From positions 8,661 through 72,660 of the forward strand of contig JAFSRR010000091.1 in NCBI GenBank assembly GCA_017446025.1: a DNA stretch of 64,000 bases, read 5' to 3'. This DNA is from Bacteroidales bacterium (lineage in GTDB: Bacteria; Bacteroidota; Bacteroidia; Bacteroidales; UBA1402). This document shows, in pieces, positions 37,874-46,014 of this stretch. The notes under the pieces were generated by a model, which searched no databases, had not been told where the DNA came from, and worked only from the letters and a program-made list of their open reading frames with translations. Made by a program: the position numbers and the translations under genes. Within the stretch, counting starts at the first letter, position 1; each line of letters begins with the position of its first letter.

Positions 37874-37947
37874 AGCCTCTTGTCGGATTCGAACCAACGA
37901 CCCCGAGATTACAAATCACGTGCTCTGGCCAACTGAGCTAAAGAGGC
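37874..37947 (-). tRNA. tRNA-Thr (anticodon TGT)
   Basis: The minus strand reads GCCTCTTTAGCTCAGTTGGCCAGAGCACGTGATTTGTAATCTCGGGGTCGTTGGTTCGAATCCGACAAGAGGCT. Acceptor GCCTCTT/AAGAGGC, anticodon loop TTTGTAA, T-loop TTCGAAT. Confidence 0.9.
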
Positions 37948-37949
37948 AG

Positions 37950-38050
37950 GTGGGAAAGCGATCTATATCGCGCCGCTACAACCAAACTACCCTTGCTGCC
38001 GTCAAGCCCTGGGGGGATTCGCAGGGAGCTGGCCGTATAGGACTTTCCCG
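37950..38050 (-). ncRNA. ffs: Candidate signal recognition particle RNA (small bacterial 4.5S-type)
   Basis: The ~100-nt minus-strand transcript folds by hand into one long imperfect hairpin. GGGAAAG at the 5' end pairs with CTTTCCC at the 3' end, and CTATA pairs with TATAG. The apical region CCAGG-GCU[UGAC]GGC-AGCA-AGGGUAG resembles the conserved SRP helix-8 AGG/AGCA symmetric loop. A -7 box lies immediately upstream. The apical loop is not a GNRA tetraloop, so the call is tentative. Confidence 0.4.
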
Positions 38051-38054
38051 GCGG

Positions 38055-38062
38055 CAAAGGTA
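38055..38062 (-). promoter_or_regulatory. -7 box (TACCTTTG on the minus strand) for the candidate SRP RNA / tRNA-Thr transcript
   Basis: The plus strand reads caaaggta, a few nt upstream of the first base of the predicted hairpin RNA. Confidence 0.45.
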
Positions 38063-38106
38063 CGCAAAAAACTCGTTGTGTCAAGCCTTTCAATAAAAAA
38101 ATGTAT

Positions 38107-38114
38107 TACCTTTG
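38107..38114 (+). promoter_or_regulatory. -7 box TACCTTTG for the DUF4199-GT2 operon
   Basis: TAnnTTTG match 34 nt upstream of the ATG at 38148. It is divergent from the RNA promoter. Confidence 0.5.
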
Positions 38115-38147
38115 CCAGTCATTGTTACAACCACAAAACGAATCACT

Positions 38148-38714
38148 ATGGATAATCTGCAACCCGACAATCAGCATGTCAGCATGGAAAATGTTACCGG
38201 AAAATACCGCGTAGCTGCCCAGTTTGGACTCTATCTGGGTGTGTATATGGGCGTGTTCTACCTGCTCGGTGTCTTCTTCCCCGACCAGGGCCTGATCAAG
38301 TCGCTCTGCTCGCTGGCCAACCTGGCCATGTTCTTCATCGCCTATTTTATGGTAAAGAGATACCGCGACCAGTATCTGGGCGGCTATATCAGCTTCCGGC
38401 AGGCCTGGAGCTTCAGCTTCTGGCTCTATACTTTCACAGCCATCATCCTGTCGGCCTTCACCTTTGTCCACCTGCAGTTCCTGCAGCCCGACTACCTGGC
38501 CGATATGATGAACCAGGTGCTGACCATGCTCGAGGAAATGAACTATCCTTCCGAGCAGATGGATGCCTTGATTGACTTTGGCGTGCCCACGGCCATCCAG
38601 GTGACCTTTGTCTATCTTTGGATCTACATCATCGGCGGGGCCCTGCTGTCGCTTATCAACGCAGCCATCGCCAAGAAAGAGAACCTTTTCCAGGAACCTC
38701 AGCAGCAAGCCTGA
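38148..38714 (+). CDS. DUF4199-like integral membrane protein
   Basis: MDNLQPDNQ... with four hydrophobic segments. The composition (FGLYLGVYMGVFYLL..., ISFRQAWSFSFWLY...) resembles the Bacteroidota DUF4199 family. Family assignment is from memory only. Confidence 0.6.
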   Translation: MDNLQPDNQHVSMENVTGKYRVAAQFGLYLGVYMGVFYLLGVFFPDQGLIKSLCSLANLAMFFIAYFMVKRYRDQYLGGYISFRQAWSFSFWLYTFTAIILSAFTFVHLQFLQPDYLADMMNQVLTMLEEMNYPSEQMDALIDFGVPTAIQVTFVYLWIYIIGGALLSLINAAIAKKENLFQEPQQQA

Positions 38715-38715
38715 C

Positions 38716-39669
38716 ATGGATATCAGTATCGTCATACCCCTCTACAACGAAGCCGAATCGCTCAACGCCCTGTTCGAGTGGATCCAGCGCGTCATGACTG
38801 AACACCAGTTCAGCTACGAAGTGATTTTTGTCAACGACGGCTCGACCGATGCCTCCTGGCAGGTGATCTGCGATCTGCAGGCCTCCCATCCCGACATTGT
38901 CAAGGGCATCAAGTTCCGTCGCAACTACGGCAAGTCACCGGCCCTGTACTGCGGCTTCAAGAAGGCCCAGGGCGACATCGTCGTCACCATGGACGCCGAC
39001 CTGCAGGACAGCCCCGAGGAGATTCCGGAGATGCGCCGCATGATTCTCGACGAAGGCTACGACCTGGTGTCGGGCTGGAAGAAGAAACGTTACGATTCCA
39101 AACTGGCCAAGAACATTCCCTCGAAACTCTTCAACGCCACCGCCCGCAAGATCACCGGCATCAAACTGCACGACATGAACTGCGGCCTGAAGGCTTACCG
39201 CCGCGACGTGGTCAAGAACATCGAGGTGTATGGCGAGATGCACCGCTACATCCCCTTCCTGGCCAAGAATGCCGGTTTCGACCATATCGGCGAGAAAGTG
39301 GTCCATCACCAGAAACGCAAATTCGGACGCTCCAAGTTCGGCGCCAGCCGCTTTATCCACGGCTACCTGGACCTGCTCAGCCTGTGGTTCCTGTCGAAAT
39401 TTGGCAAACAACCCATGTACTTCTTCGGCCTGATCGGCAGTCTGCTGTTTTTGCTGGGTTTCATCGCCGTCATTGTGATCGGTGCCATGAAGCTGTCGGC
39501 CCTGCACAAGGGGGTACCGGCCCCGCTGGTCACCGACATGCCCTATTTCTACCTGGCCCTGACCTGCATCTTGCTGGGTACACAACTCTTCCTGAGCGGT
39601 TTTATCGCCGAAATGATTTCACGCAACGCTTCCGAGCGCAACAACTATATCATTGAGCAAGAGATTTAG
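38716..39669 (+). CDS. Family 2 glycosyltransferase, polyprenyl-phosphate glycosyltransferase type (GtrB/ArnC/DPM1-like)
   Basis: MDISIVIPLYNEAESL...FVNDGSTD...VVTMDADLQDSPEEIP (DxD) with two C-terminal TM helices. The start lies 1 nt after the upstream stop. Confidence 0.85.
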   Translation: MDISIVIPLYNEAESLNALFEWIQRVMTEHQFSYEVIFVNDGSTDASWQVICDLQASHPDIVKGIKFRRNYGKSPALYCGFKKAQGDIVVTMDADLQDSPEEIPEMRRMILDEGYDLVSGWKKKRYDSKLAKNIPSKLFNATARKITGIKLHDMNCGLKAYRRDVVKNIEVYGEMHRYIPFLAKNAGFDHIGEKVVHHQKRKFGRSKFGASRFIHGYLDLLSLWFLSKFGKQPMYFFGLIGSLLFLLGFIAVIVIGAMKLSALHKGVPAPLVTDMPYFYLALTCILLGTQLFLSGFIAEMISRNASERNNYIIEQEI

Positions 39670-40150
39670 TCTATACCGGATTTGGCCGATTGGGCTGCTG
39701 GGGATCTTTCTACTGGGACTTTCCTGCGGCGACGACGGACAGAACAACTGCTACACAGAGACAGATGTGTTTCTGGGGGTTGCCCTGCGTCGTATCGACA
39801 CGACCCAGACCGAAAGGGCCTGCACGCTCAAAGTGGTGGTCCGCGGCCTGGACCAGGAGACCGCCCTTTATGATACGGTGAGTCTGAGTTCGCTCCAGCT
39901 GCCTTTGCAGCCCACGCTCAATGAGACCGACTACCTGCTGTACATGACGGCCGACTCGGTCTGGTACAGCGACACCTTGCACATCCGTCACACCAACCAG
40001 GCCAGTTTCCTGTCGATGGAATGCGGCGGCATTGTGACCCACCGGATCACCGGGCTGGAGACCAGCCATCACTACATCCAGGAGGCTGTCGTCCTCGACG
40101 ACCAGGTAAAAAACGAAGCTACTGTCCATGTCAAGATTTATGTGCCATAG
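39653..40150 (+). CDS. Small lipoprotein of unknown function (possibly DUF6452-like)
   Basis: TTG start overlapping the GT2 3' end. Lipobox LLGIFLLGLSCGDD. No motif I recognise. Confidence 0.5.
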   Translation: MSKRFSLYRIWPIGLLGIFLLGLSCGDDGQNNCYTETDVFLGVALRRIDTTQTERACTLKVVVRGLDQETALYDTVSLSSLQLPLQPTLNETDYLLYMTADSVWYSDTLHIRHTNQASFLSMECGGIVTHRITGLETSHHYIQEAVVLDDQVKNEATVHVKIYVP

Positions 40151-40808
40151 CAGAATTATTGCGTTGACAGGACTGCTGCTCTTTGTCCTGCCGCTTTGGT
40201 CGGCTCCCAAGGAACGGCCCTCGACGCCCCGTGACACTATCTTGTATCACGGCAGCTACCTGGGCACCGACCTGGTACAGGATGCCTTGATGGCCATGGG
40301 CAAGAACGGTCAGCTCAGCCTGATGGCAGACGTCAATCTTTACAACAAATACCTGCCCACCCTGGAAGTGGGCTATGCTCCCTGGTCGTTGGCCGCCAAC
40401 GGCATCGAGGCCGGCGGACAGGGCTATTTCGGCAAAATCGGCGTCAACCTGCCCATATCGTATTTCGGTCCGAATGCCGAGAATATGTTTTTCGGCGGCC
40501 TGCACTACGCCTTCGGCCTGTACGACTATCACCTGCAGAACGTCCCCTTCCAGGCAGGCTATTGGAACACAGCCTATACCAGCCATTTCATGGAAGAGCA
40601 CTCCCATGCCCACTGGCTGGAAGTGGCCGGCGGCCTGCGCATGCAGATCAGCGGCCCGCTGTACCTGGGCTGGACCCTGCGCTGGAAAAGGGCCTTGAAG
40701 ATTCCCGACGGAGCCCATGGCGCCGCGCCCTTCGTGCCTGGTTTTGGCAAGAACCAGACTTCCAACTATTCTTTCGGCTTCTGCCTCTATTACCAGCTGC
40801 CCTGGTAG
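40128..40808 (+). CDS. Putative outer-membrane beta-barrel protein (possibly DUF6048-like)
   Basis: Signal peptide ...LFVLPLWSAPK, alternating Gly/aromatic strands, and a C-terminal ...YSFGFCLYYQLPW ending in an aromatic residue. It overlaps the upstream gene by 23 nt. Confidence 0.5.
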   Translation: MSRFMCHSRIIALTGLLLFVLPLWSAPKERPSTPRDTILYHGSYLGTDLVQDALMAMGKNGQLSLMADVNLYNKYLPTLEVGYAPWSLAANGIEAGGQGYFGKIGVNLPISYFGPNAENMFFGGLHYAFGLYDYHLQNVPFQAGYWNTAYTSHFMEEHSHAHWLEVAGGLRMQISGPLYLGWTLRWKRALKIPDGAHGAAPFVPGFGKNQTSNYSFGFCLYYQLPW

Positions 40809-40826
40809 CTGTGGCCATCTTCCCTC

Positions 40827-41864
40827 ATGAAAAGCGTTCGCCTCTCCCCTGTTGTTCGCATCGCGCTGATGGCCGTCCTGCTCACCGCCGGCCTGACGGC
40901 CTGCCGTCAAACCGTCTATCAGCAACACGCCGGCGAGGTGTTCCATACCACCTACCACATCCAGTATAACGCCAAAGAAAGCCTGCTGGACGAGATTGTC
41001 GCACAGTTGGACAGTGTCGATGCCTCGCTGTCGATGTTCAACCCCCAGTCTACTTTGAGCCGTATCAACCAGGCGCCTGCCGGATGGGTGGACATTTCGG
41101 GCGATCCCCTGGCCTGCCGGCTCATTGCCCAGGCGCTGGAGATTTCCCGCCTCACCGACGGGGCTTTCGACATCACAGTCGCTCCGCTGGTCAACCTCTG
41201 GGGCTTCGGCTACCAAAAGGACGTCCAGCCCAGCCAGCAACGCATCGACAGCCTCCTGGCCTTCACCGGCTACCAGCGCATCTCTCTTGACCCGACCACC
41301 GGCAGGCTCTACAAGAGCGACAGCCGTTGCTCGCTCGATGCCTCGGCCATCGCCAAAGGCTATGCCTGTGATGTGGTGGCCCGTCTTATCGAAAGTCATC
41401 AGATTGCCGACTACCTGGTCGAGATTGGCGGCGAGATACGGCTATCCGGGCACAATGCCAAAGGAGAGGTCTGGAAAATCGGCATCGACCGACCCATGGA
41501 CGATCCCATGGCGGCCCATCGTGAACTGCAGTCGGTCGTGCAAATCACGGGCAAAGGACTGGCCACCTCGGGCAACTACCGCAATTTCTATCTGCAGGGC
41601 AACCGCAAAATAGCCCATACCATCGACCCAAAGAGCGGGCAGCCCGCCCAGAGCGGCCTGCTCAGCGCCACAGTGACCGCCCCCGACTGTCTCACAGCCG
41701 ATGCCCTGGCCACCGCCTTCATGGTGATGGGCACAGAAAAGGCCGCCCGCCTGGCGGACAGCCTTCCCGATATTGATGCCTATCTGATCTACAGTGACGA
41801 ACAGGGCGGCTTCCAGACTTGGTGCAGCGCTGCCCTGCAAGACTGCCTCAAAGAACTTAAATAG
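40827..41864 (+). CDS. apbE: FAD:protein FMN transferase
   Basis: Lipoprotein signal ...LTAGLTAC. Motifs: [59 protein letters not shown]. Confidence 0.85.
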   Translation: MKSVRLSPVVRIALMAVLLTAGLTACRQTVYQQHAGEVFHTTYHIQYNAKESLLDEIVAQLDSVDASLSMFNPQSTLSRINQAPAGWVDISGDPLACRLIAQALEISRLTDGAFDITVAPLVNLWGFGYQKDVQPSQQRIDSLLAFTGYQRISLDPTTGRLYKSDSRCSLDASAIAKGYACDVVARLIESHQIADYLVEIGGEIRLSGHNAKGEVWKIGIDRPMDDPMAAHRELQSVVQITGKGLATSGNYRNFYLQGNRKIAHTIDPKSGQPAQSGLLSATVTAPDCLTADALATAFMVMGTEKAARLADSLPDIDAYLIYSDEQGGFQTWCSAALQDCLKELK

Positions 41865-42837
41865 ACAGGATCCGGAGCACCTTGAGCAGTTCGGGATCGA
41901 TGGGTTTGTCGTTCTTGATGGCCTTGGTGAAAGGCACGGCGACAATCAGGTTGTTGTTGATACCCATCATCACATTGCGCTGACCGTCGAGCAGCGCCTC
42001 CACGGCAGCTTCACCCAGGCGGCTGGCCAGGATACGGTCGTAGGCCGTGGGCGATCCGCCCCGTTGCACATGGCCCAAGATGACCACGCGCACATCGTAG
42101 CCGGGATACTCGTTCTTGACACGCTCGGCATAGTGCATGGCACCTCCGGTGATCTCGCTTTCGGCCACCAGCACGATACTGCTGTTCTTGGATTTGCGGA
42201 AGCCGTGTTCGATGAGTTCGGCCAGCTGGTCGACTTCGGTCGAGATCTCCGGAATGATGGCTGCCTCCGCACCCGAAGCAATGGCTCCGTTCAGGGCCAG
42301 GAAACCGGCATCGCGTCCCATCACCTCGATAAAGAACAGCCGTTCGTGCGAGGAAGCTGTATCGCGCACCTTGTCGACCGCATCGAGAATAGTGTTCAGG
42401 GCCGTGTCGTAGCCGATGGTGAAATTGGTGCCCCAGATGTCGTTGTCGATGGTGCCGGGCAGGCCGACGATGGGAAAATCATACTCCGAAGTGAACTGGC
42501 GGGCACCGGTCAGCGTGCCGTCACCGCCAATCACCACCAGGGCGTCGATTTCCTCCCGCTTGAGCGTTTCATAGGCTTGCTGACGACCTTCGGGGGTACG
42601 GAATTCGTCACAACGGGCCGTCTTGAGGATGGTGCCGCCCTGTTGGATGATGTTGCTCACATCCTGCGTCTTGAATTCCCTGATTTCGCCGGTGATGAGG
42701 CCTTTGTAACCACGATAGATACCTTTGACCCGAAGGCCGTTGAATATCGATGCCCGGGTCACCGCCCGGATAGCCGCATTCATGCCGGGGGCATCGCCGC
42801 CCGATGTGAGAATGCCGATTGTCTTGATTGCTGCCAT
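41857..42837 (-). CDS. pfkA: ATP-dependent 6-phosphofructokinase
   Basis: [26 protein letters not shown]...[12 protein letters not shown]...LPGTIDNDI...TIGYDTALN...[11 protein letters not shown]...LGHVQRGG. Confidence 0.95.
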   Translation of the reverse strand: MAAIKTIGILTSGGDAPGMNAAIRAVTRASIFNGLRVKGIYRGYKGLITGEIREFKTQDVSNIIQQGGTILKTARCDEFRTPEGRQQAYETLKREEIDALVVIGGDGTLTGARQFTSEYDFPIVGLPGTIDNDIWGTNFTIGYDTALNTILDAVDKVRDTASSHERLFFIEVMGRDAGFLALNGAIASGAEAAIIPEISTEVDQLAELIEHGFRKSKNSSIVLVAESEITGGAMHYAERVKNEYPGYDVRVVILGHVQRGGSPTAYDRILASRLGEAAVEALLDGQRNVMMGINNNLIVAVPFTKAIKNDKPIDPELLKVLRILSI

Positions 42838-42873
42838 TGTAATGTGTTTGATTAATTATGTTCGATACATGGT

Positions 42874-43506
42874 TTACCATCGTAGGAAATAGGCCTGGGA
42901 AGGAATATCCTCGCGGTAAAACAGCCAGCCGCAGCCAAAGGCCTCGATGGCCAGGCTGACGCGGGGATTTCCGGCCAGTTGCTGCCAGACCTGGTGCTTG
43001 TCGCGGCTGTCGTGGATGCCCAGGACGACCATCGCGCCCCGGCGCTCCAGCCGGTCTGCAGCCACAACGGCCGAACGGGCCAGCTCATCGGCCGTCAAGG
43101 ACGGATAGAAGACCGCCAGCGCACAGGGATAGTCGCCCATGGCCGAGCGGATGGCCTGCTCGCGCACCTGGTCCATATAGATGAAAGAGGCCTTGAGGCA
43201 GCCACGTTGCAAGTACTGGGCCGTCACCCCGTCGCCCTGACCGACCTCCAGGATGTTGTCGGGCTGAAGATACAGGCTCAGGCGGAAAAGCATCCGGCTC
43301 TGCTTCCAAGGCAGGCATTGCCGGCGTACCCGGCGACTGAGCGAGGCGCGGATATCCTCCACCTCCCTGTAAGCGTAGTAGGGATAGCCTTCTTCGATGA
43401 CATCCGTGACCAAATGATAGGCAAATGGCGAATGCAACCCGTGTCCGTGTCTGTGACGCGAAACCAGGGTCAGTCGCAGGCGTTGACCGAAGCGATAGAG
43501 ATTCAT
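42874..43506 (-). CDS. Hypothetical protein, possible class I SAM-dependent methyltransferase
   Basis: ILEVGQGDGVTAQYL resembles SAM-binding motif I. A minus-strand TAATTTTG box at 43534-43541 argues for the ATG at 43506 rather than the TTG at 43536. Confidence 0.45.
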   Translation of the reverse strand: MNLYRFGQRLRLTLVSRHRHGHGLHSPFAYHLVTDVIEEGYPYYAYREVEDIRASLSRRVRRQCLPWKQSRMLFRLSLYLQPDNILEVGQGDGVTAQYLQRGCLKASFIYMDQVREQAIRSAMGDYPCALAVFYPSLTADELARSAVVAADRLERRGAMVVLGIHDSRDKHQVWQQLAGNPRVSLAIEAFGCGWLFYREDIPSQAYFLRW

Positions 43507-43547
43507 GCGCTGATGTGCCGTTATTTGGTCAGACAAAATTACTTTAT

Positions 43548-43555
43548 TATTTTTG
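43548..43555 (+). promoter_or_regulatory. -7 box TATTTTTG upstream of the corrinoid adenosyltransferase gene
   Basis: TAnnTTTG match 28 nt upstream of the ATG at 43583. Confidence 0.45.
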
Positions 43556-43582
43556 AGGCCGCAAATCTATCGGCAAACCGAC

Positions 43583-44146
43583 ATGAAAATTTACACCAAG
43601 ACTGGAGACCAGGGACAGACCAGCCTCATCGGCGGCACCCGGGTAAACAAAAACGACTTAAGAATCGAAGCCTACGGCTGCATCGACGAACTGAATGCCC
43701 AACTGGCCATGCTGCGTGAATTCCTGCAAAGCGAGCATCGGCGCGAACATTTCATAGACATCCAGAAGCATCTGTTCCGCATCAGCGGCCAACTGGCCAC
43801 CCCGGAAGACTGCACCCAGGCCCGCGTCGTCAAGAACTACCAGAAAGTGAGCAAGCTTTCCGGCAAACTCATCCAGGAATTGGAAACCGAAATCGACCTG
43901 ATCGAAGCCACCCTGCCCCCCATGAACAGTTTCGTGATTCCCGGCGGCAACAAGGCCTCGGCCCAGTGCCATATCTGCCGTACGGTCTGCCGGCGGGCCG
44001 AACGCTGCTGCGTCGCACTCCAGGCTGTCCATCCCATCGACCCGCAGATCATCGTCTATCTGAACCGCCTGTCGGACTACCTCTTTGTCGTCAGCCGGAA
44101 GCTCTGCCTGAACGAGACCGAGGAACTCTATTGGGATGGCAACTAA
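43583..44146 (+). CDS. PduO-type ATP:cob(I)alamin adenosyltransferase
   Basis: MKIYTKTGDQGQTSLIGGTRVNKNDLRIEAYGCIDELNAQL...FVIPGGN...HICRTVCRRAER...YLNRLSDYLFV. Confidence 0.85.
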   Translation: MKIYTKTGDQGQTSLIGGTRVNKNDLRIEAYGCIDELNAQLAMLREFLQSEHRREHFIDIQKHLFRISGQLATPEDCTQARVVKNYQKVSKLSGKLIQELETEIDLIEATLPPMNSFVIPGGNKASAQCHICRTVCRRAERCCVALQAVHPIDPQIIVYLNRLSDYLFVVSRKLCLNETEELYWDGN

Positions 44147-44231
44147 ACACGCTGATTATCAGATAGATAAAAACATTTATTTTCAGAGAAAAAATATCAG
44201 GAAATATATTTGTTATTCCTGATTATTATTC

Positions 44232-44239
44232 TACTTTTG
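44232..44239 (+). promoter_or_regulatory. -7 box TACTTTTG upstream of the DUF2795 gene
   Basis: TAnnTTTG match in an AT-rich spacer, about 70 nt upstream of the ATG at 44310. Confidence 0.4.
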
Positions 44240-44309
44240 CCACTGCAAAGGGGGATGTTTTTCCCGCCCTTGCATGATTCTTACAGAAGAACTATAAAAC
44301 AGCATTACC

Positions 44310-44531
44310 ATGTATTGGACCTTAGAATTGGCATCAAAACTGGAAGACGCTCCGTGGCCCGCCACCAAAGACGAACTCATCGACTACGCCATCCGTTCGG
44401 GCACGCCTCTGGAGGTTATCGAGAACCTGCAGGAGATCGAAGACGAAGGCGATATTTATGAAAGCATGGAAGACCTTTGGCCCGACTACCCCAGCAAAGA
44501 AGACTTTTTCTTCGACGAGGAAGAGTACTAG
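44310..44531 (+). CDS. DUF2795-like small acidic protein
   Basis: 73 aa: ...APWPATKDELIDYAIRSGTPLEVIENLQEIEDEG..., the typical DUF2795 core. Confidence 0.7.
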   Translation: MYWTLELASKLEDAPWPATKDELIDYAIRSGTPLEVIENLQEIEDEGDIYESMEDLWPDYPSKEDFFFDEEEY

Positions 44532-44563
44532 TCGCCACCCGCATTACTTCCAAACATCAAAAT

Positions 44564-44605
44564 AAGAGAGGTCAGGACAACGCGTCCCGGCCTCTCTTGT
44601 TTTTT
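44564..44605 (+). terminator. Rho-independent terminator between convergent genes. It is also the first terminator-like hairpin after the long minus-strand operon.
   Basis: AAGAGAGG...(GGAC-aacgc-GTCC)...CCTCTCTT followed by GTTTTTTC. Confidence 0.65.
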
Positions 44606-44619
44606 CATAAAGGAGGCTG

Positions 44620-45996
44620 TCAGGATTTCAACTGGTTTTCAAAATCCTTGAGCGACTTCAATGCCTGAGGACAGAGGAAGAGGATGGCGACCACCGTTCC
44701 CCAGGCCATCAGACCGACCCCGATATCGCCCAGTTTCCAGACCAGGTCGGCCTCACGGACAGCGCCAAAGATCACCATGGCAATCATCACTGCCTGAAAC
44801 ACCCGGATAACCAGTTTTTCTGCTTTGGGATACCGGTTCCTGAACAAATAGATGATGCTGGATTCCGAATAGAAATAATATGCCAGGAGGGTGCTGAAAG
44901 TGAAAAACACCATCGCAACTGAGATGAACTTGCCGCCAAAACCGTTGAATACGGTATCTACGGCCGCCTGGGTATAACCGACGTAATTATTGCCCAATTC
45001 GGGAGCCTGGGCCAGCAACAACTCGCCCGTAGAGCCATCGATGATGTTGTAGGTGCCCGACACCAGGACCATCAGCGCAGTGGCAGTACAGACCAGCAGC
45101 GTATCGACATAGACCGAGAAAGCCTGGGCCAAGCCCTGACGGGCCGGATGATCGACCGCTGCGGCCGCCGAGACTATGGCGCCGGTGCCCTGGCCGGCTT
45201 CGTTGGAAAAGATGCCCCGCTTGACCCCCATGGCTATGGTGGTCCCCAGGATGCCGCCGCAGACGGGATGGAAACCGAACGCTCCATTGATGATGGAAGC
45301 AAAGACGGCCGGGATCTCCTGAATATGGTGTCCGATGATTACCAACGACATCAGGATATAGCCGACGGCCATGAGGGGAGTGATGAGGGAAGCCACCCAG
45401 GCTATCCGCTTGATTCCGCCCACCACGACCAGGCCAAGCAAAAAAGCCATCATCAGGCCCGATGCCAGGGGGTTGACAAGGAATCCATTCTTGACGGCCA
45501 TCGATGCGCCGTTGGCCTGAACAGTGGTGAGAAACAAGCCGCAACCGATGACGGTCACCACGGCAAAGGCAATGCCAAGGCTTTTCCTGCCCAAGCCCCG
45601 CTCAATAAAGCTGAACGGGCCTCCCCGGAATCCACTCTCATGCGGGAACTTGTAGATTTGGGCCAGGGTGGATTCGACAAAGGCGGTGGAGGCGCCCAAA
45701 AAAGCCACCACCCACATCCAGAAGACAGCGCCCGGCCCCCCGAAGGCGATGGCGGTGGCCACGCCCACGATATTGCCTGTGCCGACGCGGCCCGAAAGGG
45801 CGATACAGAAGGCTTCGAACGAGGAAATGCCCTGCTCGTCGGATTTCTTACCGAAGAGGGAACGGACCATCATGGGCAGCCGCCTGACCTGGACCATTCG
45901 GGTGCGGACCGAAAAATACAGTCCGGCGGCCAGCAACAACACTACCAGCGCAGGATTCCAGACAATGTCGTTGACCAGTGAAATGACTCTTTCCAT
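44620..45996 (-). CDS. Alanine/glycine:cation symporter (AGCS family)
   Basis: MERVISLVNDIVWNPALVVLLLAAGLYFSVRT...GISSFEAFCIALSGRVGTGNIVGVATAI..GGPGAVFWMW... Position 46014 is a TTG, so the ATG at 45996 is preferred. Confidence 0.85.
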   Translation of the reverse strand: MERVISLVNDIVWNPALVVLLLAAGLYFSVRTRMVQVRRLPMMVRSLFGKKSDEQGISSFEAFCIALSGRVGTGNIVGVATAIAFGGPGAVFWMWVVAFLGASTAFVESTLAQIYKFPHESGFRGGPFSFIERGLGRKSLGIAFAVVTVIGCGLFLTTVQANGASMAVKNGFLVNPLASGLMMAFLLGLVVVGGIKRIAWVASLITPLMAVGYILMSLVIIGHHIQEIPAVFASIINGAFGFHPVCGGILGTTIAMGVKRGIFSNEAGQGTGAIVSAAAAVDHPARQGLAQAFSVYVDTLLVCTATALMVLVSGTYNIIDGSTGELLLAQAPELGNNYVGYTQAAVDTVFNGFGGKFISVAMVFFTFSTLLAYYFYSESSIIYLFRNRYPKAEKLVIRVFQAVMIAMVIFGAVREADLVWKLGDIGVGLMAWGTVVAILFLCPQALKSLKDFENQLKS

Positions 45997-46014
45997 CAGA
46001 CCGGATGGAAACAA

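Noticed and set aside
37490-37897. Small ORFs (60-79 aa) predicted across the tRNA genes and spacer
   Set aside because: They overlap tRNA genes and repeat hairpins on both strands and have no coding signature.
37521-37947. Genomic island or integrative-element attachment site at the tRNA-Thr/tRNA-Asp locus
   Set aside because: The copies of the tRNA-Thr 3' end are only 12-13 nt long, inverted relative to the tRNA, and clustered within 90 bp. No integrase, excisionase, transposase or compositional break is visible on either side.
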